Numbered from the stretch's first letter, positions 16,003-24,351 are shown. The stretch is DNA of 32,000 nucleotides from Mucisphaera calidilacus (GCF_007748075.1 NZ_CP036280.1:3150001-3182000), one strand, 5' to 3'. Notes: a model not told the origin generated them from the letters alone. A program made the numbers and translations.

Positions 16003-16935
16003 ATGGGTCGGATTGATGAAGGGAGGTGTTGTTTGGCTGTTGGTGGGTCGTCGTCGGATGTGGGACTGGGGGAGTTGCTGCGTGGGTATCGTCGGGCGCG
16101 TGGTTTGAGTTTGTCGGCGTTGGCGGGGCGTTGTGGTGTGACGAAGGGGTATTTGTCGCTGATTGAGAATGGTCGTGTGGGCCGTCCGCCGAGCGAGCGT
16201 GTGGTGTCGTCGCTGGAGGAGGCGTTGGGGTTGACGGACGGGTCGTTGCGTCGTGCGGCGGCGTGGGCGACGACGCCTGAGGCGATCCGTGCGGAGGTGG
16301 ATCGTTTGCGTGCGGACGCGTCGTTTTCGCATCGATTGGCGCGGACGCTGCTTGCGGCGGGCGGCAAGTCGGGTGCGGGTCCGGTGGATCTGGATGCGTT
16401 GTACCGGGCGGGCGTGCTGGGACGAGTTACGTCGGAGGGTGCTGCCGGGGAGGATGCGGGGGGTGCTGCCGGGGGGAGAGCCGAGGGGGGAGCCGGGGGT
16501 GATTCCGGGGGTGCGATGCGTTTGTTGACGGAGGCGATGGCGGAGCGTGTGCCGCTGATCAATCGTGTGCCGGCGGGGTATCCGGCGGGTTTCACGGATC
16601 TTGGGTTTCCGGCGCGGGTGGCGGACGAGTATGTGCCTTGTCCGGGGGTGCGGGATCGTGACGCGTTTGCGGCGCGGGTAGTGGGTGATTCGATGGAGCC
16701 TGAGTACCGTGAGGGTGACGTGGTGGTGTTTTCGCCTGAGTCGGACGTGGTGGACGGGTGTGATTGTTTTGTGCGTCTGGAGCCGGACCACGAGACGACG
16801 TTCAAGCGTGTGTTTTTTGATGGAGAGGGTGAGGTTCGGCTGCAGCCTTTGAACCCGCGGTACCCGGCGCGGGTGTTGGAGCGTGAGCAGGTGGCGGGTT
16901 TGTACCGTGCGGTGTGGCGGATGTCGCGTTTGTGA
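16003..16935 (+). CDS. cI/LexA-type autocleavable repressor: XRE-family HTH + S24 peptidase domain
   Basis: HTH LGELLRGYRRARGLSLSALAGRCGVTKGYLSLIENG. VPLINRVPAGYPAGF aligns with the LexA cleavage-site strand (IPLxGRVAAGxP), with an Ala-Gly bond. Catalytic Ser in VVGDSMEP and Lys in TFKRV. The start is ATG 16003, or TTG 16033 preceded by GGGAGG (16021-16026). Confidence 0.85.
   Translation: MGRIDEGRCCLAVGGSSSDVGLGELLRGYRRARGLSLSALAGRCGVTKGYLSLIENGRVGRPPSERVVSSLEEALGLTDGSLRRAAAWATTPEAIRAEVDRLRADASFSHRLARTLLAAGGKSGAGPVDLDALYRAGVLGRVTSEGAAGEDAGGAAGGRAEGGAGGDSGGAMRLLTEAMAERVPLINRVPAGYPAGFTDLGFPARVADEYVPCPGVRDRDAFAARVVGDSMEPEYREGDVVVFSPESDVVDGCDCFVRLEPDHETTFKRVFFDGEGEVRLQPLNPRYPARVLEREQVAGLYRAVWRMSRL
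16438..16509 (+). repeat. Imperfect 24-nt in-frame tandem repeat (x3) encoding the Gly/Ala linker GAAGEDAG-GAAGGRAE-GGAGGDSG
   Basis: GGTGCTGCCGGGG occurs at 16438-16450 and 16462-16474. A third, degenerate unit follows. The tract is rich in CCGGGGG. Confidence 0.7.
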
Positions 16936-17099
16936 TGGGTTGTGCGCATGGGGCCTCCGGAGAGGCGTGCGGGTGTCGCGTCTGTGCGCACGGGCGGGCT
17001 AGGGATAACCCTGACTATCTTCGGATTCGGGGATCTGATATGTTATGTAAGTCTGCATTGATGCAGTGCCTGCAGGCCACGAGCTGGAGATGATTTCCG

Positions 17100-17855
17100 A
17101 TGGATGCGACGGCGGTGATCTGGATTATTGTGGCTCAGGCCATCGGTTTTCTGATGCAGGGGATGGTGGGTTTTGGCGCGGGTCTGATCATCGTGCCCAT
17201 CCTGGTGTGTGTGGGGATGGACGTTCCGATGGCGGTGGGAGCGTTGCTGGGTGGTGTGATGGTGGGTACGGGGCAGCGTTGTCTGCGTCGTCAGGAGGAT
17301 TTTGAGTGGGCGGACGTGTGGGCGTTGTCGTCGTGGCGGATGGTGGGGATTCCGGTGGGTGTGTGGCTGCTGGGTGTGCTGGTGGAGCAGTGGCAGCCGT
17401 CGCAGATCAAGCAGATGGTGGGTTTGCTGCTGGCGTTCGGGTTGCTGGCGATGTGGACGATGAAGGTTCAGCCGCGTGAGAAGGTGGGTCGTGGCTGGAC
17501 GGTTGCGGCGGGGATTTCGAGTGGTGCGTTGGGTGGTCTGGTGGGGATGAGTGGTCCGCTGGCGGTGATGTGGGTGATGGCGCACGACTGGTCGCCTGTG
17601 CGATCGCGTGCGACGTTGTGGGGGATTTTCTTCTTGTTCTCGCCGCCTGCGACGGCGGTGCTGGCGTGGCGTTTTGGTCCGGACGTGTTGTGGGCGTTCC
17701 TGGTGGGGATGTTGTGTTTCCCGGCGGTGGCGCTGGCGGATTTTGCGGGTGACCGGCTGGGTCGTCGTTTCACGAAGTCGGGTTTGCGTCGTGCGTCGTA
17801 CGGGCTGCTGGTGATCATCGCGTTGGTGGCGATGGTTGAGCCGTTGTTTGGTTGA
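17100..17855 (+). CDS. TauE/SafE (TSUP) family anion exporter membrane protein
   Basis: 251 aa and multi-pass. The N-terminus IWIIVAQAIGFLMQGMVGFGAGLIIVPIL is typical of the TSUP family, and an internal repeat carries GALGGLVGMSGP. Confidence 0.8.
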   Translation: MDATAVIWIIVAQAIGFLMQGMVGFGAGLIIVPILVCVGMDVPMAVGALLGGVMVGTGQRCLRRQEDFEWADVWALSSWRMVGIPVGVWLLGVLVEQWQPSQIKQMVGLLLAFGLLAMWTMKVQPREKVGRGWTVAAGISSGALGGLVGMSGPLAVMWVMAHDWSPVRSRATLWGIFFLFSPPATAVLAWRFGPDVLWAFLVGMLCFPAVALADFAGDRLGRRFTKSGLRRASYGLLVIIALVAMVEPLFG

Positions 17856-17866
17856 GGTGATGTATC

Positions 17867-18070
17867 TCAGGGGTTCAGTCGGCGGTAGTCGTCGGTCAGC
17901 ATGCCGGTGAAGCCCCAGTTCTCGGGGTCGACTTCGTCGATGATGATGTGGGTTTGTTCGGGTTTTTTGTCGAGGACTTCGACGAGTGTCTGCGTGATGC
18001 GTTCGACGAGTTCGCGTTTTTGTTCGCGGGTGACGCCATCGCGTGTGATTCGGACATTGACGTAGGGCAT
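17867..18070 (-). CDS. 4-oxalocrotonate tautomerase family protein
   Basis: MPYVNVRITRDGVTREQKRELVERITQTLVEVL has the obligatory Pro-1 after Met and the tautomerase beta-alpha-beta pattern. ATG at 18070 with GAGGAA upstream. The track start at 18112 would bury Pro-1. Confidence 0.85.
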   Translation of the reverse strand: MPYVNVRITRDGVTREQKRELVERITQTLVEVLDKKPEQTHIIIDEVDPENWGFTGMLTDDYRRLNP

Positions 18071-18360
18071 GGTGGGTTCCTCGGTGTGGTGAAGAACCGT
18101 GATCGTAGGCATGCTTCAAGCGGCTCGGCGGCGTCGGAGGAATGCGGGTGTGAGGGCGAGGAGTATGAGTGAGGCGGGTTCGGGGATTGAGGTCTGGCTG
18201 AAGTTGACGGCGAGAATGGAGAGGTCGAGGAGATCGACGGTGTTGTCGTGGTTGAAGTCGCCCTGGGTGTAGTCGAAGGTTCCGGGTTGGTTGTAGTTGA
18301 TGCTTAGGATATGGAGGTCGTAGAAGTTGACTATGCCGTCGTTGTTGACGTCGGCTGGAA

Positions 18361-18368
18361 GGGGGGGG
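18361..18368. repeat. G8 (C8 on the coding strand) homopolymer at the frame break
   Basis: Read directly as ctggaa-gggggggg-cttgtag. Seven or ten Cs would join the two reading frames. Confidence 0.9.
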
Positions 18369-19160
18369 CTTGTAGATGAAGGTCACTTCGCCTGTGGCCA
18401 TGAGGCTGGAGGTGTCGAAGGTGCCGGCATGGGTGTTGCTGATGATCTGGTCGAAGTTGCCGGTGATGTCGGCGTGGGTCCAGTCGAAGAGCTGGTAGGT
18501 GACGCCGTCGAGGAGGATCAGGTCGTCGAGGGTGAGGCCGTCGTCGAATTCGAGGAGGAGGGTTCCGGCGAGGGTGACGGGCGTGTCGAGTTCGGCGAAC
18601 TGGATCTGCGAGCCCCAATGATCGTCTTCGAAGACCATGCGGAGGGTAGCGGCGGGGTCGAGGGTGAGGTGCTGTTCGACGGTGATGGGGATGATGGGGT
18701 CGGATTCATCCCGTGGCGCGTAGTCCCAGACGCGGAGGGCCTGGTTGGCGAGGAGGACCATGCCCTCGACGTGGCCGTCGGGGTGGATGAGGTTGGTGGT
18801 GTTGGCGGCTGAAAGCAGTTGGTCGCTGGTCAACCCGGAGGAACCTCTTGTATCGGCATTGATGAAGTCGGCGTTGGTCAGGTTGGCGTTGTTGAAATTT
18901 GTGTTGGTCAGGTTGGCGTCGGTCAGCGTGGTATCTTCGAAGTATGCCTCGGTGAGGTTGGCGTTGGTGAGGTTGGCGTTGGTGAGGTCGACGTCGGTCA
19001 GCTTGGCAAACCAGAAGCCTGCTCCGGTGAGGTTGGTGTTGGTGAGGTTCGCATTGGTGAGCGTGGCGTGGTCGAAATCCGCGTCGGTGAGGTTCTGGTT
19101 GGTGAGGTCCCAGTCGGTCAGGTCGTTGTATCTGAGGCGCAGGCCCTGGAGGTTCTTGTT

Positions 19161-19931
19161 CTGGTAGCTGGCGGTGCTGTAGAGCTGGGCAGGGGTGAAA
19201 CCACGAGAGGTGGTGTGACTAAAACCTGCTTCGGTGATGAGAGCGTTGGTGAGGTCGGCGTCGGTGAGCATGGCATTGAAGAAGGACGCGTTGGTGAGGT
19301 TCTGGCCCGTGAAGTCCCAGCCGGTGAGATCGTTGTAGCCCAGATCCAGGCCACTGAGGTCTTTGTTCTGGTAGCTGGCGGTGCTGTAGAGCTGGGCTGC
19401 GGTGAAACCGTTATAGGTTGCATGAGCGAAGACCGCGTCGATGATGTTGGCGTTGGTGAGGTCGGCGTTGCTGAGTGTGGCACTATAGAAGAACGCCTCG
19501 GTGAGGTCGGCGTTGGTCAGGTCGGCGTTCGTCAGCGTGGCTCGGTAGAAGTCAGCGTCGGTGAGGTTCTGGCCTGCCAGGTTCCAGCCGGTCAGGTCGC
19601 TGTAGCCCAGATCCAGGCCGCGAAGGTCTTTGTACTGGTAGCTGGCGGTGCTGTAGAGCTGGGCTGCGGTGAAACCAGAATTGGTGGTTGAGCGGAAGTT
19701 CGCTTCCGCGATAACGGCGTTCGTCAAGTCGGCGTCGATCAGCGTGGCCCCGCGAAAGGATGCGTCGGTAAGGTTGGCGTTGGTGAGGTTGGTGTTGGTG
19801 AGGTCGGCGTAGTAGAAGTCTGCCCGTGTGAGGTTCTGATCGGAGAAGTCCCAGCCGGTGAGGTCGTTGTAGCCCAGATCCAGGCCACTGAGGTCTTTGT
19901 TCTGGTAGCTGGCGGTGCTGTAGAGCTGGGC
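19161..19931 (-). repeat. Long-period intragenic repeats (207/267/267-bp spacing) inside the pentapeptide-repeat gene
   Basis: The identical 30-mer ctggtagctggcggtgctgtagagctgggc starts at 19161, 19368, 19635 and 19902. The protein has four copies of GFT(A/P)AQLYSTASYQxKxLxGLxLxYxDLTxW, each followed by pentapeptide arrays. Confidence 0.85.
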
Positions 19932-20431
19932 TGCGGTGAAGCCGGAATCGGTGGTTGAGAGGAAGAACGCTCCTGTGATGAGAGCGTTGGTGAGATCGGC
20001 ATCAGTCAGTGTGGCTCTAAGCAGGAGCGCCTCGGTGAGGTTGGTATTGGACAGGCTGGCGTGGGTCAGGTCGGCTTGGAAGAGGTAGGCCTTGGTGAGG
20101 TCGAGGTCCTTGAGGATGGCGTTGGGCTCAGCCACGCGTCCTGCGCCATCGGGGGCGAGGGTGGTGGATCGCTGGCGGGCCAGACCGGGGTTTGCGGTGT
20201 CAATGTACTCCCACTGGTAGATATCGGCTTGTGCGGTGGTCGCGAGGGTGAGCGCGAGGGCGGCGAGGCCCCCGGAAGTCGAGCGTGTCATGGTGCTCTC
20301 TCCTGTGACGCTTCTTACAGAGTAGCACGATCAGGAGGCCAATCAATCCGAATCACAAGGTGTGGGCGACTTTGATCAGATTTGTGCGCATGGCACAGGG
20401 TGCCGGAAGGGGCTGAGCCGGGGGTGCGTGT

Positions 20432-22036
20432 TCAGGCGGCGGGGCGACGTCGTGAGAGGGTGGTGGCTGCGAGGGCGAGGAGTGTGAGGGTGGCGGGTTC
20501 GGGGATGATGAGGGAGGAGAGGTCGCCATCGGGGTTGTAGGCGACGGTGTCGAGGTGGATAGAGCCTTCCCAGTTGGTGTCGCTGTGGAGGGTGATGGCG
20601 TTGATGAAGGTGTTGGGTCCGGTGATGTTGGGGTCGTAGCCCGTGCCGGCGGACCAGAGGTTGTCGTCGGCGAGGTTCCACTGGTAGAGGTGCCACTGTC
20701 CGTCGGCGATGACGTCGATGGGGAGGGCGGTTTTGAGTGTGCTGAGTTGCGTGGAGCCGTCGTGGAGGGTGATGGTGACGTTGAGGTCGTGCTGGGAGGG
20801 GTCGATTTTGAGGAAGAAGCCGACGTAGCCGGTGTTGCCCATGGCTTTGCCGTCGATGAGGTTGTTGCTGGGGAAGCCGTTGCCTGAGCGCATGACGAGG
20901 TTGAACTGTGGCGGCGGATCGTTGGTGTTGGTGATATCGATCTGGAGGTTTTCGTAGCCGGTGTGGGGGTCGAGGTCGGAGTTTGAGGCGTTGTAGGTGG
21001 CGACGTTTCCGGTGCCGACGATGCCTCGTGTGGCGGTGAAGTGTCCTTTGGAGCCTTCGAAGTCGTCGAGGATGGTGAGTTGTGTGACGACGGGGACGGC
21101 TCCGGGCGCGGTGGGTCGTGGTGGTGTGGGGAGCGGGATGTAGTCGGGGTTGGGTGTGGCGTAGACGCCTAGGTTGTTGGCGACGGTTCGCGGGTATCCG
21201 GGTTTGAGGACCTGTGATCCGTCGCTTGGGCTGTTGACGACGCGGGCGTTGTTGATGCCGTCGTCGGAGTCGTCGAAGGCTAATGTGGTTGATCCGCCGC
21301 CGTCGACGTTGATGGCGTTGGTGACGCCGAACTGGAGGAAGAGTTCGGCCATTTCGGAGGTGCGCATGCCCGAGCTGAAGTCGGACTGTCGTCCGTCGAC
21401 GGTCATGAAGAAGACGTGTCCGTTGTCGTCGACGCCTATGGCGGTGTGTGGGTTGAGTGCGTTGGTGTAGCTGTCGTTGGGAGCGGTGATGTTGCCGTTG
21501 GTGAGGATGCGTTGGTTGCCGCCTATGGCGTTGTAGAGGGGTGTGTTTTCGATGGTGTCGAAGGTTCCGGCGGAGGCGGCGGTGAGGATGGAGGCGTTGT
21601 TGAATGCGTCGACGTTGAAGATGGCCTGTCCGCGGTAGTAGTTGGTGGAGTAGCCGTTGCCGTTGGAGACGGCGGTGTGGACAACGCCTGCCTGTCCGGC
21701 TCCGGCGTCGAAGTAGAAGTCGCCATTGATGGCGAGCTGGAGGTCGTACTGGTTGACGAAGTTGGGTGTGGTGGTGCGCGCGGTTTCGCCTGGGAGCGAG
21801 CCGTTGCCGGGCTGCATGAAGAAGGCGAGTCCGGGTGCGGTGGGGTCGATTTCGACGAGGTGGACGACGACGGGTCTGGGGAAGTTGATCGTTCCGCCGG
21901 CGGTGGATCCGTCGTTGGCCTCGATGATCTGGTGGTGTGTGATGCCGAGGAAGGGCTCGGCGGACTGGATGAGTGCGGCGGGTGCGGGGGCGGAGCAGAG
22001 GATGGCCGCGAGGAGTGGCAGGGCCGGAAAACGCAT
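20432..22036 (-). CDS. Secreted phosphodiester glycosidase (DUF2233/NAGPA-like) domain protein with PEP-CTERM anchor
   Basis: Signal MRFPALPLLAAILCSAPAPAA. LAINGDFY and HTAIGVDDNGHVFFMTVDGRQ are typical of the phosphodiester glycosidase family. C-terminus IIPEPATLTLLALAATTLSRRRPAA. Confidence 0.8.
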   Translation of the reverse strand: MRFPALPLLAAILCSAPAPAALIQSAEPFLGITHHQIIEANDGSTAGGTINFPRPVVVHLVEIDPTAPGLAFFMQPGNGSLPGETARTTTPNFVNQYDLQLAINGDFYFDAGAGQAGVVHTAVSNGNGYSTNYYRGQAIFNVDAFNNASILTAASAGTFDTIENTPLYNAIGGNQRILTNGNITAPNDSYTNALNPHTAIGVDDNGHVFFMTVDGRQSDFSSGMRTSEMAELFLQFGVTNAINVDGGGSTTLAFDDSDDGINNARVVNSPSDGSQVLKPGYPRTVANNLGVYATPNPDYIPLPTPPRPTAPGAVPVVTQLTILDDFEGSKGHFTATRGIVGTGNVATYNASNSDLDPHTGYENLQIDITNTNDPPPQFNLVMRSGNGFPSNNLIDGKAMGNTGYVGFFLKIDPSQHDLNVTITLHDGSTQLSTLKTALPIDVIADGQWHLYQWNLADDNLWSAGTGYDPNITGPNTFINAITLHSDTNWEGSIHLDTVAYNPDGDLSSLIIPEPATLTLLALAATTLSRRRPAA

Positions 22037-22152
22037 GGTCGATCTCCCTCACGAGGTCATTGTGTAAGACTGAAAGAATAGCATGCCTTACACGGTTTTC
22101 CTGTGCTGGACTACCTGTATTGATGAGAATTATGCGGTTGTAAGATGGGCAA

Positions 22153-24261
22153 TCAGTCGGAGGGTTTGAGGAGGTCGAGGACGCGTAGGAGTTCGGCGAC
22201 GGACCATGCCTGTGCGGGGCATCCGACGGGTCGGTGGGGTTCGCGTGCCTCGTAGATTTCGGGGACCTGTCCGAGTCCGGCGTGTCGAGCGTGGTCGAGG
22301 AGGGGTGTGATGGCTGCGAGGGCGCGTGCTTTGGCGGAGGAGGAGAAGTCGTGTGCTCGCAGGAGTGCTTCGGCGAAGGGTCCGAGGAGCCATGGCCAGA
22401 TGGTTCCCTGGTGGTAGGCCTTGTCGCGGTCGAAGGGTGGTCCGGCGTAGTGGGGGTGGAAGTGGGGGTCGTCGGTGGGGAGGGTTCGGAGTCCGAAGGG
22501 CGTGAGGAGTCGGTCGGCGACGGTCTCGATGACGGGTTTGCGGCATTCGGGGTCGAGGGGCGCGTTGGGCAGAGAGATGGCGAAGACCTGGTTGGGTCGG
22601 ATGGAGGCGTCGCGTGCGGGTCGTCCCTTGGCGTCGGTGGTGATGTGGTCGAAGAGGGCTTCGGCTTCTTCGTTGTAGAAGGTTTTGGTGAAGGAGCGTT
22701 GGGCGTGTTCGGCGAGGTGTCGGCAGCGTTCGGCGTGTTCGGGGTGTGACTCGGCGAGGGTGTCGGCGAGTCGAGCGTTGACGGAGGCCCAGAGAGCGTT
22801 GATCTCGACGCACTTGCCGGGGCGTGGGGTGAAGACGATGCCCTGGGCGGCGGCGTCCATCCAGGTGAGTTGGGTGTTGGGGTTGCCGGCGGTGATGAGT
22901 CCGTCTTCGTCGAGGGTGATCAGGGGCGTGTCGTCATCGGTGTCGGGGGGTGCGGTTCCTCGGGTGTAGTGATCGATGATGTCGAGGCAGGCGTCGGCGA
23001 GCCATGTGTTCATGGCGTCGTGGTCGCCTGAGCGTTGGGCGTATTCGAGTGCGGCGTGGATGAACCAGAGGCTGGCGTCGGCGGTGTTGTAGTGTGCGAG
23101 TGATCCGTCGAAGTCGTCGAATCGGTTGGGGACGAGTCCGTTTCGGATGGATCCGGCGAAGGTGCTGAGGGTGTCGCGGGCGAGGTCGAATCGGCCGGTG
23201 GTAAGGAGGAGTCCTGGGAGGGAGATGAAGGTATCGCGTCCCCAGTCGGCGAACCATGGGAAGCCGGCGAGGATGGTGGAGAGGTTGTGGTCGTTGATGG
23301 TTCGGTCGGCGATGAAGTCGGTGGCGGCCTGCGCGAGTGTGTTTCGTAGGGTGTGGTCGCGGTCTGCGGCGTCGTCGATGGGGATGTGTCGGGCGACGTG
23401 GGCGAGTCCGCGTCGGTTGGGGTCGGGGCTGAGGGGTTCGGCGGGGGTGTCGCCCAGGGCGACGGTGAGTGTGAGGTCGTGGTCTTCGACGGGTGGCAGG
23501 TGGATTTCGAAGGCGCCGGGGACGAAGAGGTCTTCGTGGTCGTCCTGTCCGCGTTCGGTTTCGACGGGGTACCAGACTTGTCGCCACCATGTGGGGTCGG
23601 GGTGGAAGTCGGTGCCGGGTGCGCTGAGTGCGACGGTGATGTTGTCGCCTGCGGTGAGGGTGAGTTCGTCGCCTGCGATCTGGAGGTCGAGGTCGGGCGC
23701 GTTCTGCTGGATGAGCAGTTCGTGGAAGTCTCGGAGGCTGAGCATGGGCCGGATGCGGAGGGTGGCACCGTCGGCGGTGTTCTGGAGTCCGTTGATGCGG
23801 TATCGGACGGTGGCGGCGGGCTGGTGGTCGTGGAGGTAGAGTTCGCGAGTGAATCGGATGGGTCCGGCGAGGTATTCCCAGAGGACGGCGAGTCCTTTTT
23901 CGAAGCGTGCGAGGTGGTCGATGCCGTTGGGTGAGAAGACGGGTTGGCCGGACTCGGCGTTTCGGAACTGTGCGGTGGCGAACTCGATGGTTCGGACGTT
24001 GGTTCGGGTGCTGCCGTTGGTCCCGATCTGTTCGGGGATCTGGAGTTGTTCGAGGAGCTGGCTGAGGGCGATGACGCGTCCGACGGGGGGTGTGGTGGCG
24101 GCGACGAGGAGTGCGTGGTATCGGCGTGTGTTGCAGCCGGCGATGGTTCCCATGGCGAAGCCGCCCTGGCCGTTGGTGAGGAGCCACTCGCGGGCGAGTG
24201 CCTGCTGGCGGCCGAGTGAGGTGAGGTCGGCGTGGTGGGTTTGCCAGGGGTCGGAGGTCAT
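22153..24261 (-). CDS. Glycogen debranching enzyme-type protein (amylo-alpha-1,6-glucosidase family, with GDE N-terminal domain)
   Basis: N-terminus REWLLTNGQGGFAMGTIAGCNTRRYHALLV is typical of the bacterial/archaeal GDE N-domain. The C-terminal (alpha/alpha)6-like region has ILAGFPWFADWGRDTFISLPGL and YHQGTIWPWLLGPF. Confidence 0.85.
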   Translation of the reverse strand: MTSDPWQTHHADLTSLGRQQALAREWLLTNGQGGFAMGTIAGCNTRRYHALLVAATTPPVGRVIALSQLLEQLQIPEQIGTNGSTRTNVRTIEFATAQFRNAESGQPVFSPNGIDHLARFEKGLAVLWEYLAGPIRFTRELYLHDHQPAATVRYRINGLQNTADGATLRIRPMLSLRDFHELLIQQNAPDLDLQIAGDELTLTAGDNITVALSAPGTDFHPDPTWWRQVWYPVETERGQDDHEDLFVPGAFEIHLPPVEDHDLTLTVALGDTPAEPLSPDPNRRGLAHVARHIPIDDAADRDHTLRNTLAQAATDFIADRTINDHNLSTILAGFPWFADWGRDTFISLPGLLLTTGRFDLARDTLSTFAGSIRNGLVPNRFDDFDGSLAHYNTADASLWFIHAALEYAQRSGDHDAMNTWLADACLDIIDHYTRGTAPPDTDDDTPLITLDEDGLITAGNPNTQLTWMDAAAQGIVFTPRPGKCVEINALWASVNARLADTLAESHPEHAERCRHLAEHAQRSFTKTFYNEEAEALFDHITTDAKGRPARDASIRPNQVFAISLPNAPLDPECRKPVIETVADRLLTPFGLRTLPTDDPHFHPHYAGPPFDRDKAYHQGTIWPWLLGPFAEALLRAHDFSSSAKARALAAITPLLDHARHAGLGQVPEIYEAREPHRPVGCPAQAWSVAELLRVLDLLKPSD

Positions 24262-24351
24262 GGGTTTTCTTATGATCGAGTGTCGGGGGTGAGATGTTGA
24301 GCTTTTTCGGAGTGTATTGTTTGGATAGGGTTTACGCTTACGAGGACGTGT

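Larger units (their letters stand above)
10718..16935. other. Phage-derived, repressor-controlled gene module lacking integrase, replication, structural and lysis genes
   Basis: Seven co-oriented minus-strand genes (10718-15852) face a divergent cI/LexA-type repressor (16003-16935) across a 150-bp AT-rich switch region. The module is bounded by an MqnD-like gene on the left and a TauE gene on the right. Confidence 0.7.
18116..20291 (-). pseudogene. Pentapeptide-repeat secreted protein with dockerin-like repeats and PEP-CTERM anchor, interrupted by a frameshift at a C8 homopolymer
   Basis: Signal peptide MTRSTSGGLAALALTLATTAQA, then long A(D/N)Lxx pentapeptide arrays and a beta-rich domain, all in one frame down to FIYKPPP. 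After the C8 run (G8 on +, 18361-18368) that frame becomes Arg/His/Pro/Gln nonsense. The -1 frame reads PADVNNDGIVNFYDLHILSINYNQPGTFDYTQGDFNHDNTVDLLDLSILAVNFSQTSIPEPASLILLALTPAFLRRRRAA and stops at 18116-18118. Confidence 0.75.

Noticed and set aside
17000-17007. Recurrent TAGGGAT motif in AT-rich spacers (5081-5087, 17000-17006, 26460-26466), plus GGGATAACC (17002-17010) matching the reverse complement of GGTTATCCC (15885-15893).
   Set aside because: There are only three short occurrences, with inconsistent orientation relative to the downstream genes. I estimate roughly 1-2 chance hits for a 7-mer in 64 kb of two-strand sequence, so I cannot show enrichment without a genome-wide count.
18071-18112. 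Upstream ATG (18112) as the start of the tautomerase gene.
   Set aside because: 4-OT family enzymes need Pro as residue 1 after Met removal. MPYVNV starts at 18070 and has GAGGAA upstream.
17043-18115. Continuation of the 1082-aa pentapeptide ORF past the C8 tract, across the tautomerase and TauE genes.
   Set aside because: After FIYKPPP the translation becomes Arg/His/Gln/Pro-rich nonsense, antisense to two well-supported genes. The -1 frame encodes a recognisable dockerin/PEP-CTERM tail ending at 18116.
18800-20100. Regularly spaced short repeats (ggtgaggtt/ggtcaggtt-type units) that could look like a CRISPR or other non-coding array.
   Set aside because: They are the 15-nt periodicity of A(D/N)LTN pentapeptide-repeat codons inside a continuous ORF with a signal peptide. 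There are no unique spacers and no leader.
20392-20404. GGCAC-AGG-GTGCC mini-hairpin downstream of the glycosidase gene.
   Set aside because: A 5-bp stem with no U-tract in the transcribed orientation is too weak to call a terminator.
22062-22093. Hairpin GTGTAAG-18 nt-CTTACAC followed by GGTTTTC between the debranching-enzyme and glycosidase genes.
   Set aside because: The T-run follows the hairpin on the + strand, but both neighbouring genes are on the - strand. In the - orientation there is no U-tract. The loop is long (18 nt) and the stem is AT-rich.
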